Shown here: positions 36,178-45,850 of the stretch, piece by piece
Layout of the letters: every line of letters starts with the position of its first letter
Position numbering within the stretch: the first letter of the stretch is position 1
Assembly (NCBI GenBank): GCA_023422555.1
Contig: JAFAGQ010000205.1
Coordinates: forward strand, 1 to 57,339
Origin: Pseudomonadota bacterium
GTDB lineage: Bacteria; Pseudomonadota; Gammaproteobacteria; Burkholderiales; Burkholderiaceae_B
Length of the DNA: 57,339 nt
Direction of reading: 5' to 3'
Notes under the pieces: model-generated
The model's input: only the letters and a program-made list of their open reading frames with translations
Database searches by the model: none
What the model was told of the DNA's origin: nothing
Program-made: the position numbers and the translations under genes

Positions 36178-36611
36178 TGGCAACGTCATTTGCTGCCACC
36201 GTAGGGAAGTGGGCTTCCGAGAGCGAGGTCCGGATGACCGCTGTACGCCGTAGGTCCGTGGAGCTTTTGGCAGAGGATATGTCAAATACTAAGCCAAACG
36301 GTGGGCATGTTCCATTTCTGACTGGTAATTTGGCGCGCTCCTTGACGGCCTCTACGGAAGGAATGCCAAAAACCAGTGAGACACCGACCGCTGGTGGAAA
36401 TGTCGGACTTGTGACGGCAACATTGCGCCTAGATCAGCCTTGTTGGCTTGGTTATCAGGCCATTTACGCCAGGAGAAGGAACTATGGCTACGTTGGAGCG
36501 GATGTTCTCGGGCGGGTCTTCAATGAGCCAGGGGATTATTTTGTGGAGCACGCAATTCAAAGCTGGCATCAGATCGTTGCGAAAGCGGTTAGAGAAATGG
36601 GTGGGCCATGA
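36177..36611 (+). CDS. Tail completion (HK97 gp10-like) protein
   Basis: PFLTGNLARS and YARRRNYG motifs. Confidence 0.8.
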   Translation: MATSFAATVGKWASESEVRMTAVRRRSVELLAEDMSNTKPNGGHVPFLTGNLARSLTASTEGMPKTSETPTAGGNVGLVTATLRLDQPCWLGYQAIYARRRNYGYVGADVLGRVFNEPGDYFVEHAIQSWHQIVAKAVREMGGP

Positions 36612-37033
36612 GCGCACTAACTGAAACTTCGATATGGCTTGCTCTGAAAGGTCGCGTACAGTCGCTTCCGCTGTCCTACTCCAAGGCGTGGCCCGGCCAG
36701 ACATTCGAAGTGCCGCACACAGACACAACGCTTCTGCCTTACCTGCGCATCGGGCGTGTGAGCGTGTCGCCGACGCGGATATTGATCGCCCCCGGTAAGC
36801 CTCATGATCGAAACGGATCGCTGATGATCACGCTTGTGCACCCGCTGGGGCAAGATGTTTCTGTATACGACCAGATCGGAGCCACGATTGCGAACCATTT
36901 CAAAGACGGTACGGAAATGCGGTATGGCAATGTGTGTGTATCTGTCACGGATTATCCGCATGTCCAAGAAGGATATGAGGACAACGGCTACTGGACCGTC
37001 CCGGTGCGCGTACCGTGGCGCTGTTTTGCTTAA
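36608..37033 (+). CDS. Tail terminator protein
   Basis: Size, position before the tail tube gene, VPVRVPW C-terminus. Confidence 0.75.
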   Translation: MSALTETSIWLALKGRVQSLPLSYSKAWPGQTFEVPHTDTTLLPYLRIGRVSVSPTRILIAPGKPHDRNGSLMITLVHPLGQDVSVYDQIGATIANHFKDGTEMRYGNVCVSVTDYPHVQEGYEDNGYWTVPVRVPWRCFA

Positions 37034-37044
37034 TGGAGAGAATT

Positions 37045-37209
37045 ATGTGCCCAGATTGTGAAGCCCGGCGAAAGATGGCTCGGGATGCTTTATTTAAGGC
37101 GAAGGTCGGAACAGCGGCAAAGCATGTCGCAGTTGGAGTGGTTGAGGCTGTCGGATTGAAGAAGAAGACAGGATCCGCCGAAGCCATCAAGGCTAAGTTG
37201 AAGAAGTAA
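37045..37209 (+). CDS. Small basic CxxC protein
   Basis: GGAG RBS; MCPDCEARRK start. Confidence 0.6.
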   Translation: MCPDCEARRKMARDALFKAKVGTAAKHVAVGVVEAVGLKKKTGSAEAIKAKLKK

Positions 37210-37284
37210 CGAATTTTATAACTACCGCCAAATGGCGGTTTTTTTATGCGTCCTCCGGGGCGCTTTTTTTATTGGAGCGTCCAA

Positions 37285-38001
37285 ATGGCAAGTTTATACC
37301 CGATCGCAGGATCGAAACTCTATATCGGTAATCGCGTTACCGCCAAAGGCACAGTCACGGCTGCCGACTTTGAGGACGCGGTATGGACAGAAATTGATGG
37401 CTGGGCGAATGCGGGCGCTATTGGCGATACGCAGGAAGTTGGCGAGCAATCTTTGATCAATGAGAACCGTGTCCGTAAGTTCAAAACGACCAAGAACGGC
37501 GGGACCATGGAAAATCAATTCGTGCCTATGGCGAATGACCCAGGTCAGATCAAATTCAAAGAGGCAATCGAAGACTGCGTGCCTTATCAATTCAAGATCG
37601 AATGGGGTGCTGATTGCATGCCGTCATCTACGGTAACAGTCTCTGTAGCGGATCCCGCCGTGGTTACCTGGAACGCGCATGGTTTGTCTGCTGGTCAGCC
37701 TATCGTGTTCTCAAACGAAGGCGGCGCACTTCCTACTGGCCTGACAGCAGGCACTGTCTACTACGTTCGCTCTGCTGGGCTGACAGCGAATGAATTTACC
37801 GTGTCTACCACTCCTGGTGGCGCAGCAGTAGAGGTGACCGCTGCAGGCACCGGCACAACTACCGCTTCAGCGCCCCCAGCAGGTCAAACCGACCTGTTCT
37901 ACGGACTGGCACTGCCGGGCGCTCGTCAGGGCGGTGAGGCCAATGCAGTCCATCTGCGCACATGGTCAATCGCAGTCGATTCAAACATCGTAGAAGTCTG
38001 A
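37285..38001 (+). CDS. Major tail tube protein with an inserted beta domain
   Basis: WTEIDG...GAIGD...RKFK...DPGQ tube motifs. Confidence 0.85.
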   Translation: MASLYPIAGSKLYIGNRVTAKGTVTAADFEDAVWTEIDGWANAGAIGDTQEVGEQSLINENRVRKFKTTKNGGTMENQFVPMANDPGQIKFKEAIEDCVPYQFKIEWGADCMPSSTVTVSVADPAVVTWNAHGLSAGQPIVFSNEGGALPTGLTAGTVYYVRSAGLTANEFTVSTTPGGAAVEVTAAGTGTTTASAPPAGQTDLFYGLALPGARQGGEANAVHLRTWSIAVDSNIVEV

Positions 38002-38131
38002 TTTTAAGCAGCATAGAGCCACATAGCATCCCGCGTGTGGCTTTTTTTGAACCCGCGATGAGCGGTTAGGGCTGGCAGGCTTGGTTCACCTGCTGGCCCG
38101 CCTACTGAACCGTGAACCACAAGGAAACGAA

Positions 38132-38548
38132 ATGGATATCAACGAAATTATTCTCTCTGACGAAGCCCTGAACGCGATTGATACTGGTGTATGGGTTGAT
38201 GACATCGACGGCGCGCCTGGCTTGAGCCTGCTTGTCATTGGCTTGAGTTCGAAAGACGCTCAAAAATCCATTGAGCAGAAACAATCTGCTGCCCGGTTGA
38301 AGAACCGCGGCAAAGCGCTGACTACTGAGCAATTGGCAAAAGCCATGCGCGAAACGCTGGCCGAGGTAGTTATCAAGGGCTGGAAAGGTTTGACTCAGAA
38401 CGGCAAGCCCGTCGAATTCACGCCAGAGCTCGCACAAAAGTGGATTTCTTCTCGTAATGGAGAAAAGTTCGCCGGTATGGTCTTGCAGGCCGCCCAGCGA
38501 GTGGACGATCAGGCTAATGATTTCGTGAAAGAAGCCTCAAAAAACTGA
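38132..38548 (+). CDS. Tail assembly chaperone (gpG-like)
   Basis: Between the tube and TMP genes; ends in slippery A-AAA-AAC-TGA. Confidence 0.85.
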   Translation: MDINEIILSDEALNAIDTGVWVDDIDGAPGLSLLVIGLSSKDAQKSIEQKQSAARLKNRGKALTTEQLAKAMRETLAEVVIKGWKGLTQNGKPVEFTPELAQKWISSRNGEKFAGMVLQAAQRVDDQANDFVKEASKN

Positions 38549-38886
38549 TTGCCCGCATTCATTGGAGTCTGGATAACCCGAACGCATCGCAGCAGATCAA
38601 GGACTACGAGCGATTCGGGCAGGAGATCCCGGAAGGATTATTTCCGCCAGACTTGAATGATGTGGAGTGGGCGTATTGGCAGTCATTTTGGGAACTGTCC
38701 ACGGATCGGCAACGAGGAATGGCTGCGGGGCCCATACCGTGGACATCAATAGAAAAGTTTGTATCAACGCGCCCAGGCACTGACCTGGGTATTTTTTTGT
38801 CAATTATTCGCGCAATGGACGATGCCTATCTCTCACACGAAGGTGGCGAGAGCAAGGTGTTTACGCGGGATATGCTAAGGAGATAA
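38539..38886 (+). CDS. gpT-like -1 frameshift extension of the tail chaperone
   Basis: The -1 frame is open from AAAAAAC (38539-38545) to 38886; FWELSTDR...PIPWTSI motif. Confidence 0.8.
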   Translation, partial: KKLIARIHWSLDNPNASQQIKDYERFGQEIPEGLFPPDLNDVEWAYWQSFWELSTDRQRGMAAGPIPWTSIEKFVSTRPGTDLGIFLSIIRAMDDAYLSHEGGESKVFTRDMLRR

Positions 38887-38889
38887 TCG

Positions 38890-41772
38890 ATGACGGAAGT
38901 CGCAGCCCTGGGTTTGCGCGTCGATGGCGCTGACGGCATTGAACGTGCGTCCGATGCGCTTGATGATCTGACCCGCGCCAGCGATTCTGCCGAGAAATCG
39001 ACGGATAAGCTGGCGAAGCGGTCTGGCGAGGGCAAGCGCTCCCTTGACGGGCTGGCATCCTCCGGCGGCAAAGCAACAAGCGTCATGACCCAGCTTGGGG
39101 CTGCGGCGTTAAAAGTCGGCGCCATGGTTGGTGTTGGCCTGAGCATCAACGCGCTGAAGAATTACGCCGATGCGTGGTCTGATATGCAGTCGGTCGTGGG
39201 CGCCTCTATTGGTGACATGAGCGCGGCAGGCGATATGATGACGCGCATTGTCGATATTGCCAATGCCTCGTATTCCCCACTGCAACAGACGGTTGATGTC
39301 TATTCACGCAACGTCGCTGTGTTAAAGGGATTGGGTAAATCGTCTGCTGAAGCTGCTGATTTCACCGAGTCCCTGAACCATATGTTGGTTCTGACTGCCA
39401 CGCGGGGGGAGCGTGCTGCATCTGTTCAAAATGCGCTGTCAAAAGCAATGGCAGTCGGTAAATTGCAGGCTGATGGACTGGAAACGATCCTTGCCAATGG
39501 TGGCGAAGTTGCTCAGGCTCTGGCAAATGAATTGGGTACAACCGTCAATGGTCTGAGAAAATTTGCCTCGGAAGGCAAGATTACCAGCCAGGTTATTGCA
39601 GATGGCGTCATTAAGCCGCTGAATGATGTACGCGAGCGCGCGGGTGAGATGCCAGCCACACTGGCCGATGCTTTTACCCGAGTCCAGACGAACATTACAG
39701 AGTTTGTTGGAACGATCGATAAAGCGTCAGGTGTTTCATCAACGTTGGCTGGAATTGTCATTTCTTTCGCTGACGGGATCAGGACTGCGGGACAGTACGT
39801 GATTCATTTCGGTGGTTTAGTGGAGTCGGCATTTGCAGCAGCGGCATCCGCAATTCAGCCACTGATTAGTTTTCTGCAGCCACTTCTTATCTTACTGCCT
39901 TCAATCGGTGATGTGGCTCAGATAGCATTAGCCGGCTTGGCGGGGTTTGCGGCGCCAGCGCTTATCGGCGGTGTGTGGCTGTTGGCAGGGGCGCTGACGA
40001 ACGGATTGGTTGCGGCAATCAAGCTAGTTACTGCCGCAATGCTGGCTAACCCGATTGGTCTGCTGGTCGGCGCACTGGCTGCCGCAGCAGTGGCGGTCTA
40101 CAAATTCCGTGACGATATCAAAGCTGCTATCGGTGTCGATGTGGTCGCGATCACCAAGCAGGCGGCCAATTTCGTAATCGGTTCCTTTGTTGCTGCCTAC
40201 GAAGACATCAAGTTCGTTTGGAGCAACTTCGGCGATATGATGGGCGCCGCCGTAGTGGGCGGAGTAAACCTTGCAATCAAAGCGATTAACGGCTTGATTC
40301 AAGCTGCATTCAGCGGCATTAATAGTTTATCTGCATCTCTAAAAAAACTCGGCGTTGATATTGGTACATTCGGTGACGGATTTGGGCTGAAAGAGCTGGC
40401 AAACCCTTATTCAGATCGTCTTGCTGGTGCTATCGAAACCAGGAATAAGACCATATCTGCTGCATTATCGAAGGATTATATTGGCGCTCTCATGGGCGCA
40501 TTTAAACTGCCAGAATCCAGCGCTCCGAGCACACCTGGCGGTACGCCACCATTACCAACTTCGAATGGTGGAGCCAGTGGCAATGGGAAAAGTGGAGGCG
40601 GTAAATCAGCCATTCAAAAACAGGCCGAAGCCGACGCCAAAGCTATACAGGAAACACGCAATATCTATGCTGCATTCCAGAGGGAAATGCAAGTTTTCCA
40701 AGAGAAAGCTGACTTACAGGTAGCTGCTATCGGTATGGGTGATCGGCAGCGTGAGATCGCTCAGCAAGAATTAGATATCCGTCAGGAGTATGCGCAAAAA
40801 TATCTTGATTTGGAAATGGCACAGCAGGTCAAATCGACTGCTCTAAGCCAGCAGCATTATGAAGAGCGGTTGCGGCTTCTTCAACAAAACGAGAAACAGA
40901 AGCTAAACATTACTCAGAATGCCAATATCGCACGCTCTGAAGCTGAGGCAAACTGGGTCAATGGCGCATCCGCTGCTCTGGATAACTATCTTGAGAAAGC
41001 AGCAAACGTGGCGCAGCAGACGAAAGACCTATTCACAGATGCGCTTGGAACTATGACAAGTTCGTTCGGATCAGCTTTCGAGTCCATGGTTTTCGATTCT
41101 GAAAGCCTTGGCGACTCGGTTAGAAATGTAGCTCAATCGATGTTGCGGACGATTGTGAACGCTCTAGGCCAAATGGCAGCTCAGTGGCTGATCTATAAAG
41201 CTGTGCAATTGGCAACAGGGAAGGCTACTCAAGCCAGCGCCGCCACAATGATGACAGCCAACGCGACGGCTACATCATTACAAGCTGGTCTGGCAGCGTT
41301 CGCAAGTACTGCTGCGATTCCTATCGTGGGCCCATTCTTGGCCCCTGCGGCAATGGGCGCCGCTTTGGCGGTGACTTCGCCGCTTGCTGCGGCTGTGAGC
41401 GCTGCGGCCCTTGCTGGTATGGCTCACGATGGTATCGACTCAATTCCACAAACCGGCACATGGCTGCTTCAAAAGGGCGAACGCGTCACCACCGCCAACA
41501 CCAGCGCAAAACTGGACTCTGTGCTGGAACGCATCGATGCACGGCAGCGGGCGGGGCGGGCTGCGGCGAATGATGGGGCATATCAGAAACAGTCCGATTA
41601 CCGCCCTAATGTGAATTTGGTCGAAGATCGGAGTAGGGTAGGACAGGCTGAATACAGTCGCAATGCTAATGGAGGCACTGATTTGACCATTTTCGTTGCC
41701 AGTATCCGTGGTGGTGGCGATGCTGCCTTAGCTATTGAAGAAACCTATGGATTGCAAAGGGCAGGGCGATGA
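38890..41772 (+). CDS. Tape measure protein
   Basis: 960 aa, Ala-rich helical; C-terminal AHDGIDSIP...LQKGERV. Confidence 0.95.
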   Translation: MTEVAALGLRVDGADGIERASDALDDLTRASDSAEKSTDKLAKRSGEGKRSLDGLASSGGKATSVMTQLGAAALKVGAMVGVGLSINALKNYADAWSDMQSVVGASIGDMSAAGDMMTRIVDIANASYSPLQQTVDVYSRNVAVLKGLGKSSAEAADFTESLNHMLVLTATRGERAASVQNALSKAMAVGKLQADGLETILANGGEVAQALANELGTTVNGLRKFASEGKITSQVIADGVIKPLNDVRERAGEMPATLADAFTRVQTNITEFVGTIDKASGVSSTLAGIVISFADGIRTAGQYVIHFGGLVESAFAAAASAIQPLISFLQPLLILLPSIGDVAQIALAGLAGFAAPALIGGVWLLAGALTNGLVAAIKLVTAAMLANPIGLLVGALAAAAVAVYKFRDDIKAAIGVDVVAITKQAANFVIGSFVAAYEDIKFVWSNFGDMMGAAVVGGVNLAIKAINGLIQAAFSGINSLSASLKKLGVDIGTFGDGFGLKELANPYSDRLAGAIETRNKTISAALSKDYIGALMGAFKLPESSAPSTPGGTPPLPTSNGGASGNGKSGGGKSAIQKQAEADAKAIQETRNIYAAFQREMQVFQEKADLQVAAIGMGDRQREIAQQELDIRQEYAQKYLDLEMAQQVKSTALSQQHYEERLRLLQQNEKQKLNITQNANIARSEAEANWVNGASAALDNYLEKAANVAQQTKDLFTDALGTMTSSFGSAFESMVFDSESLGDSVRNVAQSMLRTIVNALGQMAAQWLIYKAVQLATGKATQASAATMMTANATATSLQAGLAAFASTAAIPIVGPFLAPAAMGAALAVTSPLAAAVSAAALAGMAHDGIDSIPQTGTWLLQKGERVTTANTSAKLDSVLERIDARQRAGRAAANDGAYQKQSDYRPNVNLVEDRSRVGQAEYSRNANGGTDLTIFVASIRGGGDAALAIEETYGLQRAGR

Positions 41773-42233
41773 TAGCTACTGATTTGGATTTTCCTGCTGA
41801 CCTGCCATATCCACAGCGTAATGGTTACGGACTAAAACCAGTTCAGACTTTCAAGCGTACGGAGATGGATTCGGGACGCGCTCGGCAGCGCCCTGGCTTT
41901 GTCACGGTTCCGACGGTGGCATCTGTATCGTGGAAGTTTACGACGTCTGAAGCGCAGATATTTGAGGCGTGGTTCCGAGATGTTATATCCAGCGGCGCTG
42001 CTTGGTTCAATTGCCCGTTAGTTACGCCAATGGGGGATAAGCCATATGTTTGCCGGTTCGTAAATATGTACGATGGTCCTATACAGGATGGCATCTGTCA
42101 CTGGCAATATTCTGCAAATCTCGAGTTATGGGAGATCCCGAGGCTGGCCCCCGGCTGGGGAGAGTTCCCTGACTTTATCCGCTACGCAGACATCATCGAC
42201 CTTGCGCTTAACCGTGAGTGGCCCGAAGCATGA
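41769..42233 (+). CDS. Minor tail (distal tail-like) protein
   Basis: RTEMDSGRARQR and FEAWF motifs; follows TMP. Confidence 0.85.
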   Translation: MIATDLDFPADLPYPQRNGYGLKPVQTFKRTEMDSGRARQRPGFVTVPTVASVSWKFTTSEAQIFEAWFRDVISSGAAWFNCPLVTPMGDKPYVCRFVNMYDGPIQDGICHWQYSANLELWEIPRLAPGWGEFPDFIRYADIIDLALNREWPEA

Positions 42234-42715
42234 CAGACCTTGCCACTTACTACGCATCGGCCCCGACAGATGAGGTTGCGATTGCCACGCTGCGCATTAT
42301 CACGCCCGGACTGCCAGAAATCCGCCTTTGCGATGGCTTTGAGGACTTCAATTTCGGTGTTGATGGTGTGCTGCAGCCCTTCGAGGCATGCCAGTTGACT
42401 GTAGCACTGCCCGCAAAGAATACATCCGGGCAGCAGACATTGAGTTTCGGCACCGGCGGGATTGTGGATCTGGCCCAGCAGCGGGTTGATGCAGCGATTG
42501 CGGCAGATGAGGTGATTACTCTGGTGTTCGCCGAATACTTTCTGAGCGACCGCATGAACCCGACCACGCGCCCTCTGACGATGGTCTTGCACGGCGGGCA
42601 ATTCGCGGGTGACGACATGGAATTTGCAGGCAGCTATCAGGATTTGCTTAATCTGCGTTGGTCTCGGGAGATGTACACCACCGAGAATGCGCCGGGCCTG
42701 AGGTACATGACATGA
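42230..42715 (+). CDS. Minor tail protein (DUF1833-like)
   Basis: YYASAP start and YTTENAPGL end. Confidence 0.8.
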   Translation: MTDLATYYASAPTDEVAIATLRIITPGLPEIRLCDGFEDFNFGVDGVLQPFEACQLTVALPAKNTSGQQTLSFGTGGIVDLAQQRVDAAIAADEVITLVFAEYFLSDRMNPTTRPLTMVLHGGQFAGDDMEFAGSYQDLLNLRWSREMYTTENAPGLRYMT

Positions 42716-43095
42716 TCCGATTCCTGAATACGCGATATGTCGAAGGTGGCCGGGGTCCAGTGGAGTATGACTGCTGGGGTTTATGTAGAGCCGTGCGCCA
42801 TGAAGTGTTCCATCTTCCGCTTTTGCCTTCCTATTCCAATGTGGCGCCGTCCGATAAAGAGGCCATGACCGCTGTCTGTCAAGAAATTATCGACTGCGCG
42901 GGGCTGAAAGAATGCTCCATCCAGGAAGGGGCAATTGCTTCTGCCTGGGCTGGGCGGCGCTGTGTTCATGTCGGCATTGTGGTGCAGGCTGATGGGCGCC
43001 TGTGGATTCTGGAAACGGACGAGCCGACCGGGCCATGCCTGACGCCAATCCGAGTATTTGAGAACCGTTACACCCGAGTGACCTACCATGATTAA
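42712..43095 (+). CDS. NlpC/P60 tail tip peptidase
   Basis: GGRG...YDCWGL and HVGIV catalytic motifs. Confidence 0.88.
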   Translation: MIRFLNTRYVEGGRGPVEYDCWGLCRAVRHEVFHLPLLPSYSNVAPSDKEAMTAVCQEIIDCAGLKECSIQEGAIASAWAGRRCVHVGIVVQADGRLWILETDEPTGPCLTPIRVFENRYTRVTYHD

Positions 43096-45790
43096 CCATT
43101 TTTACGCACTGACTGATACCGTACCGGCCCTGTGCGTGGATTTCTCAGGCTCGCTGGGTGACTTCTTTGACGAGAATGACAAGGGGTGGCGTGATCGTGG
43201 TATTCAGCCTCGGGCGATAACCGTAAATGGCAAACCGGTCCCGTCCAGTCGATGGGATAAAACCCATGTCACGACAGATGACGATGTGCAAGTGCGCCCG
43301 ATTCCACGCGGCGGGGTAGTCAACTTCATTCGTAAAGTTGATCCCATCATGAACTGGATCATGAAGTCCATGGCGCCCAAGCAGCAACAGACCGGGACGT
43401 CGCAAAGCGGCAAGCAGCTTGAAACATCTTCTGCTACCGCGAACGTACCGAAGCTGAATGAAATTGTACCAGAGCTGGCCGGCAGGTATATCCGGTATCC
43501 GGACTATCTAAAACCACCGGTTCGATTCTTTTCAGAGCCTCGAACCCAAATGCTGGAAATGTTGCTCTGCGTTGGCCCCGGTACCTACGACATTGATCCA
43601 AGCGATATCAAGATTGGAGAAACCGCAGTTGCGAACCTTGGATCTGAGGTCGAGTATCGGATTTTTACGCCCAATGAAGATATGTCCACCCATCCGGCCA
43701 AGGACATTTGGTATGTGGCTCCAGAGGTGGGCGGCACATCGAACGGTTCGGCAGGCCTTGAAATATCCACCGAATACACAGGAGAATCAGGCGGTGAGAC
43801 AGTAGCCAGCGAATACACCTTCAATGGTAAGAATATCACTGTGACTGCGCCTTCTGATGGAAAATGGGCAGATGGCTTAAAGGTAGGATCAAAGATCAAT
43901 ACCATTACCCTGCCTTTGCCGTACACAGTGACGAATATTGGCGTTGGAGACAGTCTGCGTAGTCAGGTGGCAGGTAACTTCAAGGAGGCTATGCCAATCT
44001 CGATTGGAGACAGGATATCAATATCCCTTAACTTACCGTCAGGCGCCTATGTCGCGAATATGGATCTGGACGCCAATGGCGATGGGTGGATGATATTTAA
44101 AAACCCGGTCACGGATGAATATATAAGTTCTATACCGACTGGGACACAGTATCTGACATTCAAAACGTTCGGCATTCACTACTATATCGTTACAGCTAAA
44201 TCGGCAAAGTCGATTACAGTAGAAAAATATGCCGGAAATCCTGTTCCTGCGCCTAATCCCGATTGGCCTGGTTTCGCTAGTGTTTCTTCCACATCCGCAA
44301 CTATTGACGCTGACACAGCAACGTTTGCTGGTGACTGGACCGGCCCATTTTCAGCAACCCCTCGAAAAGAAGTCTGCACATTAACGCACCTTGACTTCTT
44401 TTTCAGGGGTCTGGGGATCGTTAATTCTGATAACGAAATTGAAAGCCACACCGTTACGCTCAATATTGACTATCGGGATCGAGTCTCAGGCGGCGCATGG
44501 ACAACGCTGACGCAATCATTTACGAATAACACGGTTGACGATGTCGGTTATACCGTAGCCATACCCCATGCGTCCATGGCACCGGAGTTTCGAGTAAGAC
44601 GCGAAGGGGTCGGTGATGCAGACTCAAACACGTACGAAAAATGTGTCTGGTATGGCATGCGATCATTGATGTTGTCCCGTATTTCTTATCCATGGACAAC
44701 GCTGTATCTGAAAATCAAATCAGGCGGCGTTGTGGCGGCTGGTTCCGAAAACAAAATAAATGTCGTGGCAACGCGTATCCTCCCGCGCCTGCAAGAAGAT
44801 GGCACCTTTTCAAACCCGGTGGGTACGATCGATATCTCAGCGTTTCTCTACTATATTGCTCAATCAATTGGTTACGGGACAGACGACATTGATATGGTCG
44901 AATTGAAGCGACTGCACGATATATGGGTAGCACGCGGCGACACATTCAATCATGTGTTTGACTCTACTACTGTCAAAGACGCGATAAACACAGTTTTAGG
45001 TGCTGGAATGGCTGAGATGACCGTCGAGCGCGGCATGATCCGGCCTGTCCGAGACGAGCCGCGCACGGTATTTGAGCAGGCCTATTCCCCGCAAAACATG
45101 ACGGGACCACTCAAGCGCACCTGGCAATCGAAGCGCAATGACGATTTCGATGGCGTGGAGGTCGAGTACATGGACTCCGACACCTGGACGAAAGAAACCG
45201 TCAAATGCCTGCTCCCTGGAGATATCGGCGCAAAGATGGAAAGCCTGAAGGTCATCGGCCCGGTTGATCGGGATCGCGCGTGGCGGCTGGGTATGCGCCG
45301 TCGCAGGATATTGAAGTACAGAAAATGGGCGTACTCGTTCGGCACGGAAATGGACGCGCTCAACAGCCGGTATCTGTCTTATGTGCCGCTCATTGACAAC
45401 ATCGAGGGCTACGGCAAGTCCTGCATTCTGGTGTCGATCACCGCGTCGGGTGGCCAGGCGCTGCTGCAGGTCACAGAGCCGCTGCAATGGGAAGAAGGCG
45501 CGCAGCATGTCGTGGCATACCGTGATCCGGATGGACGGCTTGTGGGACCGTTCAACGCCTCCCCCGGCCCATCCGAGTATCACATTCTGGCGCCCATCCC
45601 AACGCCCTGGCCTGTCGTCACGCTCAAACACGAGCCGCCGCATGTCTATTTCGGACCGCAGGATAAATGGACATTTCCGGCGCTGGTCACAGCCGTGACG
45701 CCAAATGGCAAAGATGCAGTGTCGGTCACTGCCGTCAACTATGACGCGCGTATTTACGCCGACGACAATAACCTTGCTCCAGACGAGTAA
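43088..45790 (+). CDS. Tail tip/hub protein (TipJ-like)
   Basis: 900 aa; N-terminal ubiquitin-like segment, YPDY, AWRLGMRRRR, AVNYDARIY end. Confidence 0.88.
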   Translation: MINHFYALTDTVPALCVDFSGSLGDFFDENDKGWRDRGIQPRAITVNGKPVPSSRWDKTHVTTDDDVQVRPIPRGGVVNFIRKVDPIMNWIMKSMAPKQQQTGTSQSGKQLETSSATANVPKLNEIVPELAGRYIRYPDYLKPPVRFFSEPRTQMLEMLLCVGPGTYDIDPSDIKIGETAVANLGSEVEYRIFTPNEDMSTHPAKDIWYVAPEVGGTSNGSAGLEISTEYTGESGGETVASEYTFNGKNITVTAPSDGKWADGLKVGSKINTITLPLPYTVTNIGVGDSLRSQVAGNFKEAMPISIGDRISISLNLPSGAYVANMDLDANGDGWMIFKNPVTDEYISSIPTGTQYLTFKTFGIHYYIVTAKSAKSITVEKYAGNPVPAPNPDWPGFASVSSTSATIDADTATFAGDWTGPFSATPRKEVCTLTHLDFFFRGLGIVNSDNEIESHTVTLNIDYRDRVSGGAWTTLTQSFTNNTVDDVGYTVAIPHASMAPEFRVRREGVGDADSNTYEKCVWYGMRSLMLSRISYPWTTLYLKIKSGGVVAAGSENKINVVATRILPRLQEDGTFSNPVGTIDISAFLYYIAQSIGYGTDDIDMVELKRLHDIWVARGDTFNHVFDSTTVKDAINTVLGAGMAEMTVERGMIRPVRDEPRTVFEQAYSPQNMTGPLKRTWQSKRNDDFDGVEVEYMDSDTWTKETVKCLLPGDIGAKMESLKVIGPVDRDRAWRLGMRRRRILKYRKWAYSFGTEMDALNSRYLSYVPLIDNIEGYGKSCILVSITASGGQALLQVTEPLQWEEGAQHVVAYRDPDGRLVGPFNASPGPSEYHILAPIPTPWPVVTLKHEPPHVYFGPQDKWTFPALVTAVTPNGKDAVSVTAVNYDARIYADDNNLAPDE

Positions 45791-45850
45791 GCACTTAACG
45801 AATTAATTAATCAGCCACCTTTCGAGGTGGCTTTTTTTATGGGGTCATGA

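Noticed and set aside
32872..45643. Long antisense ORFs in the structural region (e.g. 32872-33615, 44996-45643)
   Set aside because: Shadow ORFs of GC-rich codon usage opposite well-supported genes.
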